Positions 25,700 through 37,978 of a DNA stretch of 64,000 bases are shown here, one piece after another (position 1 is the stretch's first letter; each line of letters starts with the position of its first letter). The position numbers were made by a program, and so were the translations under genes. The notes under the pieces are model-generated. The model was not told where the DNA came from. It searched no databases and saw nothing but the letters and a program-made list of their open reading frames with translations. Source of the DNA: Chiloscyllium plagiosum (taxonomy: Eukaryota); contig NC_057754.1 in the NCBI RefSeq assembly GCF_004010195.1, positions 11,811,609 through 11,875,608 of the forward strand, read 5' to 3'.

Positions 25700-26600
25700 T
25701 TTCTTTAAATATGCGATAACACATCTGCTATCACATTTTAGGACCCACAGCATGTACATTTTGTAAGCTTAAAGCCGGTAACATAAGACTCCAATGAAAT
25801 AGTCTTTTATCCGGGTCTTTAAATATTCCAAATAATGTGAGAGGTTTGTTGTTGTCCACAATCATATCCGACAATTTGCTTGTCATATAAACATTAAAAT
25901 ATTGTCAGTCCAGTGCGAAATCTAATCATTCTTTTTCACTCATGGGGATGTTTTACTTTTTCGACAAGTAGCCAATTGGCCATTCAATTCCATTATCATC
26001 TTTCTGAATCAATACGTCTCCGACCACTATATCACTCTCATCAAATACAATTTTCAAATGTTTTCAAAATATTTGGTGTAGCTAAAACTGGTGCAGTGAT
26101 TAATCCTGCTTTAAAATTCTCAAATGCCTCCTGGCATTGTTCTGTCCACCACAATTCTGTGTTCTTCTTTAATAAATCCATCAGTGGTGCCAATACACTG
26201 CTGAAGTTTGCAACAAACTTCCGATCGAATTCACTCAGTTCCAAAAACCACACCACCTCTTTCTTCGAGGATGATCGTGGAAATTCCTCAAAGCCCTTCG
26301 TTTTTGTGTTCCATGGGGTCAACCTTCCATGTCCAATGTAATGTCCCAAGAACGTCCCCTCTGCCTTCGCGAATTCTGTTTTCTTTAATTTTATTACCAA
26401 GTTTGCTTCTTGTAATCGTTCAACATGCTCTGCCAACTGTAATATGTGAGCTTTCAATCACTTGCTAAAGGTCATAAAGATAAACTGCCCATTTTGTTTA
26501 TCTGGCCACAACTCTGTTCCTGAGTCTTAAATGTGTCTGGAGCATTGTTCATTCACATGACATTCTCTAACGATTTTTTGTCATATCCGGTAACTTTATC
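25700..26600 (-). pseudogene. Gypsy RT C-terminus, connection and RNase H remnant
   Basis: RLQEANLVIKLKKTEFAKAEGTFLGHYIG...FVANFSSVLAPLMDLLKK...WTEQCQEAFE..LITAPVL, ending in NVIADVLS. Confidence 0.88.
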
Positions 26601-26689
26601 AGACAGTTTAACTGACACTACATTTTTTTTAATTTGAAAGTGGCCACTAAATCTGGCTTTGAAGAGATTTCCTAACACTGGTGGCAATA

Positions 26690-27550
26690 CTCATACGTCA
26701 GCCCCACGGGAAATCGTCAAAGTTTCAGAGTTTTTATCTGCCACCTGCATCACTCTGTACTGTGCTCTCTTCAGGTGCTGTTTAGCTAACTCACCTACTC
26801 TATCTAATTTCTCCCTCACCTCAGATACATAATCCAAGTTTAAGATCGCTGACTTCAGTCTTGTCACTTTATATTTAATCAATTTCAAAGGACCTCTCAC
26901 TTCATTTACGAATATTAACTCAAAGGAACTAAACTGGGTAGATTTATTTGGGACATTTCCAATGGCAAACAATTTTATGGGACACCTTTATCCCAAACAT
27001 TTGGCCAATCCTGACAGTACGCTGTTAACATGGTCTTCAGTGTCTGATGCTAACTTTCCAAGGCTCCCTGGGATTCAGGATGGGACGCCCTTGATTTGAA
27101 GTGCTGTCTGCCGAAGCTCTCCATGAGTTACTTAAACAGCAGAGCGGTAAAATGAGACCCTTGGTCTGACTGAATCCCTCTGTGTAGCCCACAGCATGTA
27201 AAGAAAGCTACCAACTCCTCCACCTCTCATTTTGCCTTAACACTCCGTAATGTAATTGCCTCTGGAAATCTGGCAGACACATCCATTATGGCCAGCAAAT
27301 ATTGGTTTCCACTTTTATTTTAAGAAGGGAGCTACACAATTAATCATAAGGCACGTGAAAGGTTCTTCGAATGCAGTAATTGCCAACAAAGTGACTTACC
27401 TACCACTTGGCATGTATGACATATACAACAAAAATTAACTACGTCCTTGTGCATTCCAGGCCACTAGAAATGCTTCTGTCCTTTAGCCTGAGTCTTCCAT
27501 ACACCTAGGTGACCGCCTGCAGTTCGTTCATGTGCTACCCGTAACACTGT
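26690..27550 (-). pseudogene. Integrase remnant
   Basis: AH...GGHLGV.KT...WPGM, IMDVSARFPEAI, IQSDQGSHFT, HPESQGALE and FSSFELIFVNEVRGPL. Confidence 0.88.
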
Positions 27551-27902
27551 ATACTACTGCTAACACAATCTGGTGCATTTCGGCCCATTTCCCTTCTGCA
27601 ATAACCTGTTGTAGTCTCAATTTTAACTTTAGAGTTCTATCTTTAAGTTAATAATGCTCACAATGTATTATGATTCATTTTCTCAGTGTTTGTGTGTGTG
27701 TGTATGCATGTGTGTATGTGTTGTAAGTCCCCCAGGACTAAACACCTCTGCCTGACCCTCTGCCTGTTCAGGTTTTGTTTCCTGCACCGATACATCAAAC
27801 AGGGTGTCAGTTAACTGAGCATCAACTCCTTTTTTTTCTTTCGTTTTCTTTAACTGCAGCAACTTTTGACAGTGGGAGTCTGTTACTACACAGTTTGGAA
27901 AA

Positions 27903-28778
27903 TTCAAAGTTTGGGTGAAGATTTGTAGCTCGGGTGCTCGTTGTTGTGGTTCTGTTCGCCGAGCTGGAAATTTTTGTTGCAAACGTTTCGTCCTCTGTCT
28001 AGGTGACATCCTCAGTGATTGGGAGCCTCCTGTGAAGCGCTTCTGCGGTGTTTCCTCCGGCATTTATAGTGGCCTGTCCCTGCCGCTTCCGGTTGTCAGT
28101 TTCAGCTGTCCGCTGTGGTGGCCGGTATATTGGGTCCAGATCGATGTGTTTGTTGATGGAGTTTGTGGATGAGTGCCATGCTTCTAGGAATTCCCTGGCT
28201 GTTCTTTGTTTCGCTTGCCCTATAATGGTAGTGTTGTCCCAGCCAAATTCATGTTGCTTGTCGTCTGCGTATGTGGCCACTAGGGATGGCTGGTCGTGGC
28301 GTTTCGTGGCTCGTTGATGTTCATGGATGTGGGTATCTGTTTTTGGTGAATACCTTGTACAGGTGTTCCTCTTCCTCTTTTTGCAGTTCTGGTGTGCTGC
28401 AGTGTGTTGTGGCCCTTTTGAATAGTGTCTTGATGCACCTTCGTTTGTGTGTGTTGGTGTGGTTGCTTTCATAGTTCAGGACTTGATCTGTGTGTGTGGC
28501 TTTCCTGTGTACCTTTGTGGTGAATTCTCCGTTCGGTGTTCTCTGTACCATTACGTCGAGGAATGGGAGTTGGTTATCCTTTTCTTCTTCTCTCGTGAAT
28601 CGGATTCCTGTTAGTGTGGCGTTGATGATCCGGTGTGTTTTCTCTATTTCTGTGTTTTTAATGATTACAAAGTCCTCATCAACATATCTGACCCAGATTT
28701 TGGGTTGAATTTGTGGTAAGACTTTTTGTTCTAACCTTTGCATTACTGCTTCTGCTATGAGTCCAAAGATCGCTGAGC
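27903..28778 (-). mobile_element. Penelope-like element fragment (RT C-terminus, GIY-YIG-region C-terminus, terminal repeat)
   Basis: WVRYVDEDFV, FTREEEKDNQLPFLDV, HRKATHTDQVLNYESNH and AREFLEAWHS...INKHIDLDPIY. Confidence 0.92.
27978..28018 (-). ncRNA. Minimal hammerhead ribozyme core in the Penelope terminal repeat
   Basis: Reverse complement tca-CTGAGGA-T-GTC(acctagacagag)GAC-GAAACGTT-tgc. Stem III is the palindrome ACGT. Confidence 0.6.
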
Positions 28779-28999
28779 AAATTCTTTGTAGAGATCAGGC
28801 ACTGACTCCACAACCAGCCCCTGCTTCGGCTGTACACTCTCCCACGGCTCCTCGTCTTCACTTGGGGTCTCCTTCACCAGTTTCACTAATCCACTGGCTT
28901 AACCTCTTTTACCACATCTGTGTCCGAGCGTACTGCAATGAAAACGCCTTTTTCCCAGTGCCCCTCTTAAACCATCGGTATTATAATTTTATTTGTTCC

Positions 29000-29660
29000 A
29001 CTCCCCTATAGTGAGGACACCTGAGGCCTTTCACCACCTTTCAACACCTTTGGGCTTCTTTTTTCACCTGTGGTAAACTATTGCCAGTGTGACCTACTGT
29101 TGGATTTGTAGGATCTCCCCTTCTCCCAATTTCTATCTCTCACAGGATGAAAATACTCCCAGAAACTAAATTTCATCTCATGTACCAATGCATATTTACC
29201 TGCCATTTCTGCCACGCTTCTCACTTCTTGAACTTTCTGTTCATTCTCATGAATTCTTATCCTCTCTGGAAGTGAGTGTTTAAACTCCTCCAGCAGAACA
29301 ATCTCCCTTCAAGCCTCACAGGTCTTATCCATTTTTAAGGCCAGCACCCATCTATCAAAATGACTGTGTTTAATTCTTTCAAGCGCAACATATGTCTGAC
29401 CTGGTTCCCTCGCTATATTTCTGAACCTCTGTCTACATGCTTCTAGTACCAATGCACATCCACTCAAAATAGCCAGTTTCACATCTGCCTAACCTCTTGA
29501 CCCATCATCTAACAGTGCTGCACATGCCTCACTAGCTGTGTCCACCAGCTTAGTCTGAAGGAGCATTACCCACAAGTTCACTGGACACACCATCTGCCGA
29601 GCTATATTTTTCAAATGAAATCAAAACAGATTTTGACATTTTTCTCACCGAAATATGGCA
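29000..29660 (-). pseudogene. Gag remnant with SCAN-like capsid C-terminal domain
   Basis: Manual translation: ARQMVCPVNLWVMLLQTKLVDTASEACAALLDDGSRG*ADVKLAILSGCALVLEACRQRFRNIAREPGQTY...LREIVLLEEFK. Confidence 0.8.
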
Positions 29661-30360
29661 ATGTATTAACATAGCTGAATACACCCCTATGTTCTCCCTT
29701 CATCTCCATCCTGTTAATTTAACTTTCTTGTCTAATTCCCAACTTCCGAATTTCAAATTCTCTCTCTCTTTTTCCTCTCTTTCCCCTTCTCTTTGTTCTC
29801 TCTCTGTTTCCGTCCCTTTTTTCACCTTCTAACTGCAGTTGCCATTGTTGCAATTTAAGTTTTTTCTAACTCTACTGCACTTGTCTGTTTCTCTGATACT
29901 CCAAAGTGCTTGACAAACTCCATTACAATTTCAGCTTTCCTTTTGTCCCTGGTTAAACCCAATTCCAAACTATTTACTAATTCTACAAATATTCCTTCTT
30001 CTGTCTTTCTAAACTTACTTGGAAAATTTGGGAACCTCTTTAGTAACGTTAAAAGCCATTTACCTCACTTTTAATTTAACCAAACACAAGTGAACAAAAT
30101 TAAACGAATTTTCCCACCGGTTTTATTTGAAGATCGAAGTCACTAATTGCCATGTGTTGAAATTTGCTCGGACCTTTTGTACCCCAAATCTGTCCAAATT
30201 TCACATGGCAAGGCTGCAAACTGTTATGGCATCAATGTCGAATCCCTCTGTTAATTAAAACAACACACCCAGAAAAGCTCACCTCACCTCGTAATCTTTT
30301 AAAACGTGAGTGACAGAGAACTCCTAAATTCCACTAATAAACGAAAAATGACAATTTATA

Positions 30361-30665
30361 TGTTTGCAAGTTGGCTCGCTGAAGCGCAGTGGTATGTCCC
30401 GCCTCTCTATTTATAGCCCTTCGTTTCTTAAAGTGAGTGATGCCATTTCCGGTTCTTCTTTTTTAGAGGAGAATGTAGATTGGATCTAAATTAATGTGTT
30501 TATTGATGGACTTCTGGTTAGAATGCCATTACTCTAAGAAGGTCCATGCATGTCTCAGCATGTGTGTGTGTTGCCCCAGTGAAAGTGGTCCCCTTCTCTT
30601 AATGTAAGGAACATAGTGATAGTGGGTCGTGTCTTTTGGTGGCCAGTTGGGGTTCATGTATCCTG
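30361..30665 (-). mobile_element. Older Penelope-like fragment truncating the Gypsy 5' LTR
   Basis: Reverse complement translates FLE*WHSNQKSINKHINLDPIY, homologous to the 27999-28472 ORF. Confidence 0.7.
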
Positions 30666-31379
30666 GTAGCACGACAACAGTAGCACGACAATGGTGGAAA
30701 AATGATTTTATATACACTGTTTAATCAATGTGTGTTTGCTAATAAGTAATATTTTTCATCTGTGCGCAACATTCTAAATGAACAGCGGAGACACAGTCAA
30801 CGAAAAAAGATGCATATGATGGATAAAATTGATAAAACATTAAAATATTATTTGATGCTCATCTAAAGTGATATGTTCCCCTTCTCTCAACGTTCCCCTC
30901 CCTTTATGGAATTCCTTCCTCTTTTCTCTCATTCTTATCAGGATGTGTTATAATTTCTTGCTTCTGGTGTCCCAACTTATTTCAGTTAATCCCCTTTCTA
31001 CCAGGAAATAAATATATTGGCCTGCTGGGTTCTTTCCAAAGCTAGCGTCTGTCATATTATTGGAGATAAGTATTCTGGCATCAGATCCAGCATTTGAACA
31101 TATTACTCTGTTGTACTTGCACTATACAAAGGACTGCAGCAACTGGAATTGCCAAAATATTGCAGAATGTACATCTACTTCTTTGAATAACCTAGTTTTC
31201 TCATTTTTCACATGTCCTCGTCGATATTCTCTCTCTCTTTCTCTCTTTGTATCTAGTTAAGAAATTTATCAATTATTCTTCGCATGCCTTCTCTCAAAAC
31301 TCCTTCTTTCGGTTTATATCTATCGGTCTCTTCTCGATGTAATGTGATTATAAGTGAGCAACGTAACAACACAGACATG

Positions 31380-31610
31380 TGGGAGGAGCTGGTCAGAGTT
31401 CATTGGAAGGGGAGCCGATCAGGAAAGACCATGGAGCAGCAAAAGCAGGAATTTCTGTGGAAAATTCAGAGAATATCAGAAATTCATCGCCACGGAGATA
31501 AAACATACTCATGGGAGGACAAGGCAGCCATGAGTGATAAGGCTTCAAACCAAAAGAGAAAACGTACAATGTGGTGACGATGATTGGGAATCCAGAGAAT
31601 TCACTGGCTC
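31380..31610 (+). mobile_element. CR1 ORF2 linker fragment
   Basis: EELVRVHWKG..SGKTMEQQKQEFL and GRTRQP, resembling the CR1 region between EN and RT. Confidence 0.55.
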
Positions 31611-32292
31611 TGAAACTACATAAGGCTGGCATCACAGACAGAACTCTGAATCATGGTCAGGGAGAGAAACAGAGGGAAAGAAATTCATTTTAAACACAGA
31701 AGATGGTACTAATCAAGGAAAAAAGATTCAGATGAATTAAACAATTGAATTAAAATCATTTAATTGGTTTTGCAGAATGTGTCAGGTTGGAAGCATGACC
31801 CGGGGAGAGACCCTCAGCAGAATGAGAGTATGAAAATGGAAGTATTGCCACATTAGAAACCGGAGTAGGTCACTGAGTACATGACTGATGGGTGAATGGG
31901 TCTCGATGTGAACTAAGAGAAGACAGCAGAATTGCATTGCTGATATTGCAGCTCAAAACTGCGTATTTATGTAGTGCTATAGACCACAGCAGCAGGAGAA
32001 GCAGAACAGCATTCAACCACAACCTGCAACATTTTGCCTAGGATAATCTCCTCAGTCTGTCATTACCATCAACACGGTCTATGGCTGAGTGACGAGTGTG
32101 GGTGAACATGTCAGGGTCAGAACCACGTGATCCTAATGCATTAAACTTACCACACTTGACCAACAGATGTGATCGAAGCTCCACACTCCTGCCACATTCA
32201 GTTATAAATGGGGTTGGACGATTAAACAAATGATTAGAGATAGGGATGCACAAATATCCCTATCCTAAATAATCGAACAGCCCTGTACATCA

Positions 32293-32590
32293 GGGCGGCA
32301 CGGTGGCACAGTGGTTAGCACTGCTGCCTCACAGCGCCAGAGACCCGGGTTCATTCCCGCCTCAGGCGACTGACTGTGTGGAGTTTGCACGTTCTCCCCG
32401 TGTCTGCGTGGGTTTCCTCCGGGTGCTCCGGTTTCCAAAGATGTGCAGGTTAGGTGCCTTGGCTAAATTGCCAAGTAGTGTTAGGTAAGGGGTAAATGTA
32501 GGGGAATGGATGGGTTGCGCTTCGGCGGGTCGGTGTGGACTTGTTGGGCCGAAGGGCCTGTTTCCACATTGTAAGTAATCTAATCTAATC
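32293..32590 (+). mobile_element. HE1-like tRNA-derived SINE, near full length
   Basis: A box TGGCACAGTGG, B-box-like GGTTCATTCCC, LINE-like 3' end and (TAATC)n tail. Confidence 0.92.
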
Positions 32591-32599
32591 AGTGTAAAA

Positions 32600-33030
32600 G
32601 ACCAGGATGTGGTATCTGCACCATCCTCAGCCGGAAGTGTGGAGTTGATGATCCACCTCACCCTCGCCATGATGCCTACATAATCAGTTTTGCCTGTCTT
32701 CAACCAATTCGATTTACTGCTCGGGACATGAAGAAACAGCTGAAGACAGTAGATACGACAAAGGCAATGGGCCCTGACCCCATTCCTGCAATAGGACTGA
32801 AGGCTTGTGCTGCACAACAAGCTGTGTCCCTGGGGAAGCTGTTTCATTCCAGCTCCAACTCTGACATCCTGGTAATGTGGAAAATTACTCAGCTATGTCC
32901 AGTCCCCTCAGAGGAGAATAACTACAATGTGACCATTTACCACCCCTTCAGTCCCATCACGACAGTCAAATTGGTGGGAGATATTTTTGTCGGAGCTGTC
33001 AAGCAGCACAGAAATAACCTGCTCAGTGTG
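32600..33030 (+). mobile_element. CR1/L2-group LINE RT N-terminal fragment
   Basis: KKQLKTVDTTKAMGPDPIP..LKACA...WKITQLCPV...YHPFS; same family as 34800-36960. Confidence 0.75.
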
Positions 33031-33049
33031 GTTTCCGATAGGAGATGTA

Positions 33050-33480
33050 GAGATGGTGCTGTTGTGGAAATGTCACTGGATTACTAATCCAGACGAGGCT
33101 ATTTCTCTGGAAAGTAAAAACAATTGACAAAATATTAAGGTGCAAAATCTGGTGTCATTAATATTGACCTTGAAGTCAATGTCGATTGTACACACCAATT
33201 TCTTTCCCCAATGTACTTTCAGGAAGTGAATCTCCCGCGCTTTCCTGGTCTGGCCTAAATGTGACTGCAGACACACAGATATGTGATAAACTTTTCAAAG
33301 GTCTCTGAATCGGCCAAGCAAGACACTCTATTGTATCAAACTGCTCCGAGGTCTTAAACCCGGACAGAAAACTCGGCCTCAGCCTCAGTAACAGAAAAGG
33401 AATGGGGAACATAGTCCTGTCGTCAGTGCAGAGACCTCCTTCCTAACATCTGAGAGCTTGTGACAGCATTTACAGAGCTT
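33050..33480 (+). mobile_element. Decayed SINE/LINE-derived repeat
   Basis: gtggaaatgtcactggattactaatccaga head and tggcctaaatgtgactgcagacacacag body resemble common shark repeats. Confidence 0.4.
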
Positions 33481-33489
33481 TCCCACAGA

Positions 33490-34760
33490 ATGCACAGAAA
33501 CATTAGGAATGGAGTAGGCCATACAACACATTGAGCCTTCCTCATTGTCGTTCATGTTCAAACATCTCCGCAATGCACTTATCCCACACAATGAATATAT
33601 CAGTTAATGTGATTAACTTGAGAAGCTATAAAATGGGAAGTGCAGTAGTCCCTTTGGTCCATCGAGTTTGCTACCCAATTCAATATTATATTGGTTGGCC
33701 CTTTATTTCCACACCGTTTCCTACTCTCCCATCATCCCTTTACTGTCTCTAAATCCGTATTTATATTCAATGTGTTGGCTTCCAGGTTCCAGCGCATTCC
33801 TCAGGTTCACCAGTCTCTGAGTGCAGACATTTATTCTCATCTCAATGCAGAATGGCCTGTCTGTACCTAATACTGTGGCCCCTTGTTTTAGACACCACAG
33901 CCTGGGGAATTATTATCCCTGCTTCCAATCTGTCTCACCCTGTCAGAGTTTTATATATCTCACTGAGATCTCCACCCCTTTTCTTAAACCCAATGGAATA
34001 CAGGCCCAGTTGCCTCAAACACTGCTCCCACAACAAGCCTGTCATCATAGAGATCGGTCTGGTCATCTTTCGCTGCTCTCCCTCAATGTCAGGTTTGTCC
34101 TTTGTTAGGTACAGAGAACAAAACTGCACACAATATTGCATAATGTTCGAGATGGAGTCTCACTAAAGCCTTGTACAGGTGCAGTAAGACACCCTTACTC
34201 CTGGACTCAAATCCCCCTAAAATGAAGGTCAGCACACCATTGATCTTCCTAACTGATTTATTTCCTTCAATATTGCTTTCAGTGACTGGTGTACAGGGAG
34301 ATCCAGATCCTTTTCAATGTTACAGCTCCCCACTTGGTGAGTCTATGTACACTGGTCAGCGTGCCAATGCCATTTCCAGTATTCACTTCAGGGTGCAGAA
34401 CTCACTGCCCTGCAGGGACCACGCAGAAGGAAACAACAAAAAGAAGCATATGTCGCTTTTTAGATCAACATATTTCAAACAATCACTTTTCAAACGATAG
34501 ACTTCCAGTCTATTGTTCCCGCCAAAGGGCACACTGTCACCTCTACCCACCTTGCTCTCCATCTGCCACGTATTTGCCCATTCACACCACTTGTCTTAGT
34601 CACATTGAAGCTTTTTTGCAACCTCCTCACCCACTCACAATGTAACGTTCTTTAGTTCTGTCGCAGGATGGGATATATTGTATTTGATTCCTGCAACCAA
34701 ATGTTTAATGGGTATTGTGAACAGCTGTGGCATGAACACGGATCCCTACGATACCTAAGC
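33490..34760 (-). mobile_element. CR1 LINE fragments
   Basis: QYCVQFCSLYLTKD...LRQLGLYS..RGGDLSEIYK. Confidence 0.75.
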
Positions 34761-34799
34761 AACCTTCCTACGTTAATTAAAATATATATATATATTTAT

Positions 34800-36960
34800 T
34801 TCCAGAATCTGGGTGTGACTGGCTGGGCCAGCCTTTATTGCCCGTCCCTAGTTGCCCTTGAGAAGGTGGTGGTGAGCTGCCTTGTTGAACCATTGCAGTC
34901 CACTGTGGATTCAGTTTTGGTAGCACCATTGACTACCAAGGGGCCGTGTTTAGATTGTATTTTAGTGGTGATGGTCAGGGTCTGGCATTTGTGTGGCCTG
35001 AATATTACTTGCCACTTGTTAGCTTGGATACTGTCCAGATCTTGTTGCGTTTAGACATGGACTGCTTCAGTATCTGAGGAGCCACAAATGTTGCTGAACA
35101 TGGTGCAATCATTGGCGACCAACCCCACTTCTGACCTTAAAATGGAGGGAAGGTCATTAATGAAGCAGCCATGAAGATGTTTGGGCCTAGGCCACTGACC
35201 GAGAGTCCTACAGATTTGTCCTGGAGATGAGTTGACTGAACTTTATCAACCATAACAATCTTCCTACGTGTCAGGTATGATTCTAACCAGCGGGGATTTT
35301 GCCCCGAATACCCATTGATTCCAGTTTTGCTGAGGCCCCTTGATGCCACACTTGGTCGAAGACAGGCTTGTTTTAAAGGGCTGTCACTCTCACCCCACCT
35401 CTGGAATTCAGCTCTTTTGTCCATGTTTGAATCAAGGTAATGAGATCAGGAGCTGAGTGACCCTGGTGGAGCCCAAACCGGGCGTCATTGACCAGGTTGT
35501 TGCTGAGCAGGTGCAGCTTGAAAGCACTGACACCTTCCATCACTTTACTGCTGATCGAGAGTAGACTGATGGGGTGGTAATTGGCCGTATTGGATTTGTT
35601 CTGCTTTTTACGTAGAGGAGATATTTGTGTAATTTTCCACGTAATCGGGGAAATGTCGCTGTTGTAACGGTATTGGAACAGCTTGGTGAGGGCAGAGACA
35701 AGTTCTGCAGCACAAGGTTTCACTACTCTTGCCAGAATGTTGTCAGGGTATGTCCCCTCTGGGGTATCCAGTGTCTCCAACTGAATCTGGATATCGCGTG
35801 GAGTGAATCAAATTGGCTGATGACTGGTAACTGAACTGCTGAGGACCACTGGAGGAGGCTGAGGTGGATCATCCACTCAGCACATCTGACTGAAGATTAT
35901 TGCGAATGCATGAACGTTATCTTTTGCACTCGCCTTCTCCAATGACTTGTTTAATTGTCCATAACTATTCTCAATTAGAAGTATAAGGACTGCAGAGCTT
36001 AGATCTGATCCGTTGCTTATGGGGTCACTTAGCTCTGTCTATGACTTACTGCTTGTGCTGTTTGGTGCACAAGTAGTCCTGTTTGGTGGCTTCACCAGGC
36101 TGACACCTCATTTTCAGGTATGCCCAGTGCTGCTTCTGCCCACCTGCACACTCCATTGAACCAAGTTTGATCCTCTGGCTTGATGGTAATTGTTGTGAGG
36201 GGGATATGCCAGGCCATGAGGTTGTGCTGGAGTACAATTCTGCTACTATTGATGACCCACAAAACGTTATGGAAACCCAGATTTGAGCAGCTAAATCTGT
36301 TTGACGTCTGTTCTATTTAGTACGGTGAAAGTGCCACCCAAACGTGTGGAGGTTATTCTCAATGAGAAGTTGTGACTTTGTCTCCACAATGACTATGCGG
36401 TGGTCACTCTTACCCGATAGTGTCATGGACAGATACTCCTATAACTGGCAGTTTAGTAAGGCTGTGGTCAAATATGTATTTTCCTCTTGTTGCTTCCTTC
36501 ACCACCTACTGCAGACCCGAGTCGAGAAGTTATATCATTTAGGACCCAAGCAGCTCAATCAGTAATGCTGCTGGCGAACCACTCTTTTTGTGGACATTGA
36601 AATCCCCCACCCAGAGTACATTTTGTGCCCTTGCCACACTCAGTGCTTCCTCCAAGTGTTGATCAGCATGTTGGAGCACTGATTTATCAGTTGAGAGAGG
36701 CTGCTACATGGTAATCAGCAGGAGGTTTCCTTTCCTATGTGTAAACTCACGCCATGAGACTTCATGGGATAAAAAGACACTGTTGAGGACTCCCAGAGCA
36801 ATTCCCTTCCAACTGTATCCCACTGTACCGCCACTTCTGCTGTGTCTGTCGCTGGTGAGGCAGGAGATATCCAGAGAAGGTGATGGGGAGTCTGGGACAT
36901 GGTCATACTCATAGAATCATGCCACACAGACAATGTCAGGCTGTTGCTTCACGAGTCTGT
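34800..36960 (-). mobile_element. CR1/L2-group LINE ORF2 remnant (EN to RT)
   Basis: EN motif AQNVLWVGDFNVH near 36600. RT segment YHPISLLSISSKVMEG...FGLHQGHSAPDLIT (35373-35780). Confidence 0.85.
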
Positions 36961-37311
36961 TTATTTCTACTCACTGTTTCCTGCCAGCTGCCCCAATCTA
37001 GAAACATGTCCATATATTCGCTCCAATCCACTAAAGTTTGATTTTGCAAACTGGGTTTGGAGCTTTACCAAAATCTTTCTGAAAATCCACGTGTTTTACA
37101 TCCATTGCTTCTCTTTCATTTGTCTCCCAGTCTGTTTCTCAAACATAATTCCCATTTCATAAATCTATGTTAGTGTTTGAGTTTGGTGCCTTAGTCGGAG
37201 TAAATGTGTAATAATAGGGTAGAGGAATGGATCTGGGTAGGTTACTCTTCGGAGGGTCGATGTGGATTTGTTGGGTTGAATTGCCTGTTCGTAAATTCTA
37301 AACCCAATTTG

Positions 37312-37978
37312 GTATTATGATTTAGAACCAGACAAGAGTCCCCAGTTTGCTATAGACGAACCAGACTGCCTCAAACTATTTTAAGAAGGTAGCTTGGATG
37401 CCAACTTTTTCTTATTTTAAATGTAGATGTGAGTTGGGTGTTCCAGATGTGATGCTCCTCGTCAAACCACTCACCATTAAGCAAAACACAATATATTTAA
37501 ACACTCTAATGAAAAATCCATACAAAATGAAGAGGAATTTAGAATAACTTAAATATTGGAAACCTTAACCGAATAATGGATAGAGTAACTTCGACAAATG
37601 AACTGTTCCAATATACTAAAATAACCTAAACACATCCCTTGGCAAAAAGGAACATTCAGACATGCATTTTTGCACACAGTTCTCCAATCCAGGAGGAAAC
37701 AGCATCAAGTGAAGTTACAGAGAGAATAGCAGCTAGGGATAATTTACTAAAACTTCCAACCCTTCTGGGACCCCAAGCACCTGGTAACTGTTACAGCTAC
37801 AAGGAAAAAACTAGAAAGCCTGGTCTGTGCCAGCTGGCCATTGTTACTATTATTTATTAAAAACCCTAAAAGCCTCGTAAATAATTTACTTGAGCCGTTT
37901 TCAGTACTCAGTTTGGCCTTTAAGACCTCTTACTAAAAAGAAAGGAGAAAATAACCTTTTATTTTAAAAGTGTCACAC
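37312..37978 (-). mobile_element. Probable solo LTR, related to 21601-22128
   Basis: Extended similarity to the 21.6-22.1 kb block; ends gtcacaca on the plus strand. Confidence 0.5.

Larger units (their letters stand above)
24740..30360 (-). mobile_element. Decayed Gypsy LTR retrotransposon, Gmr1-like (gag, integrase, RT, RNase H)
   Basis: LTR homology between 24740-24870 and 30222-30360. The 3' LTR begins TGTTATG at 25519 after a polypurine tract (25520-25531). Gag at about 29000-30050, integrase at 26690-27550, RT/RNase H at 25700-26600. Confidence 0.9.

Noticed and set aside
32293..32365. SINE heads as functional tRNA genes
   Set aside because: They continue into the SINE body and tail and recur as dispersed copies.
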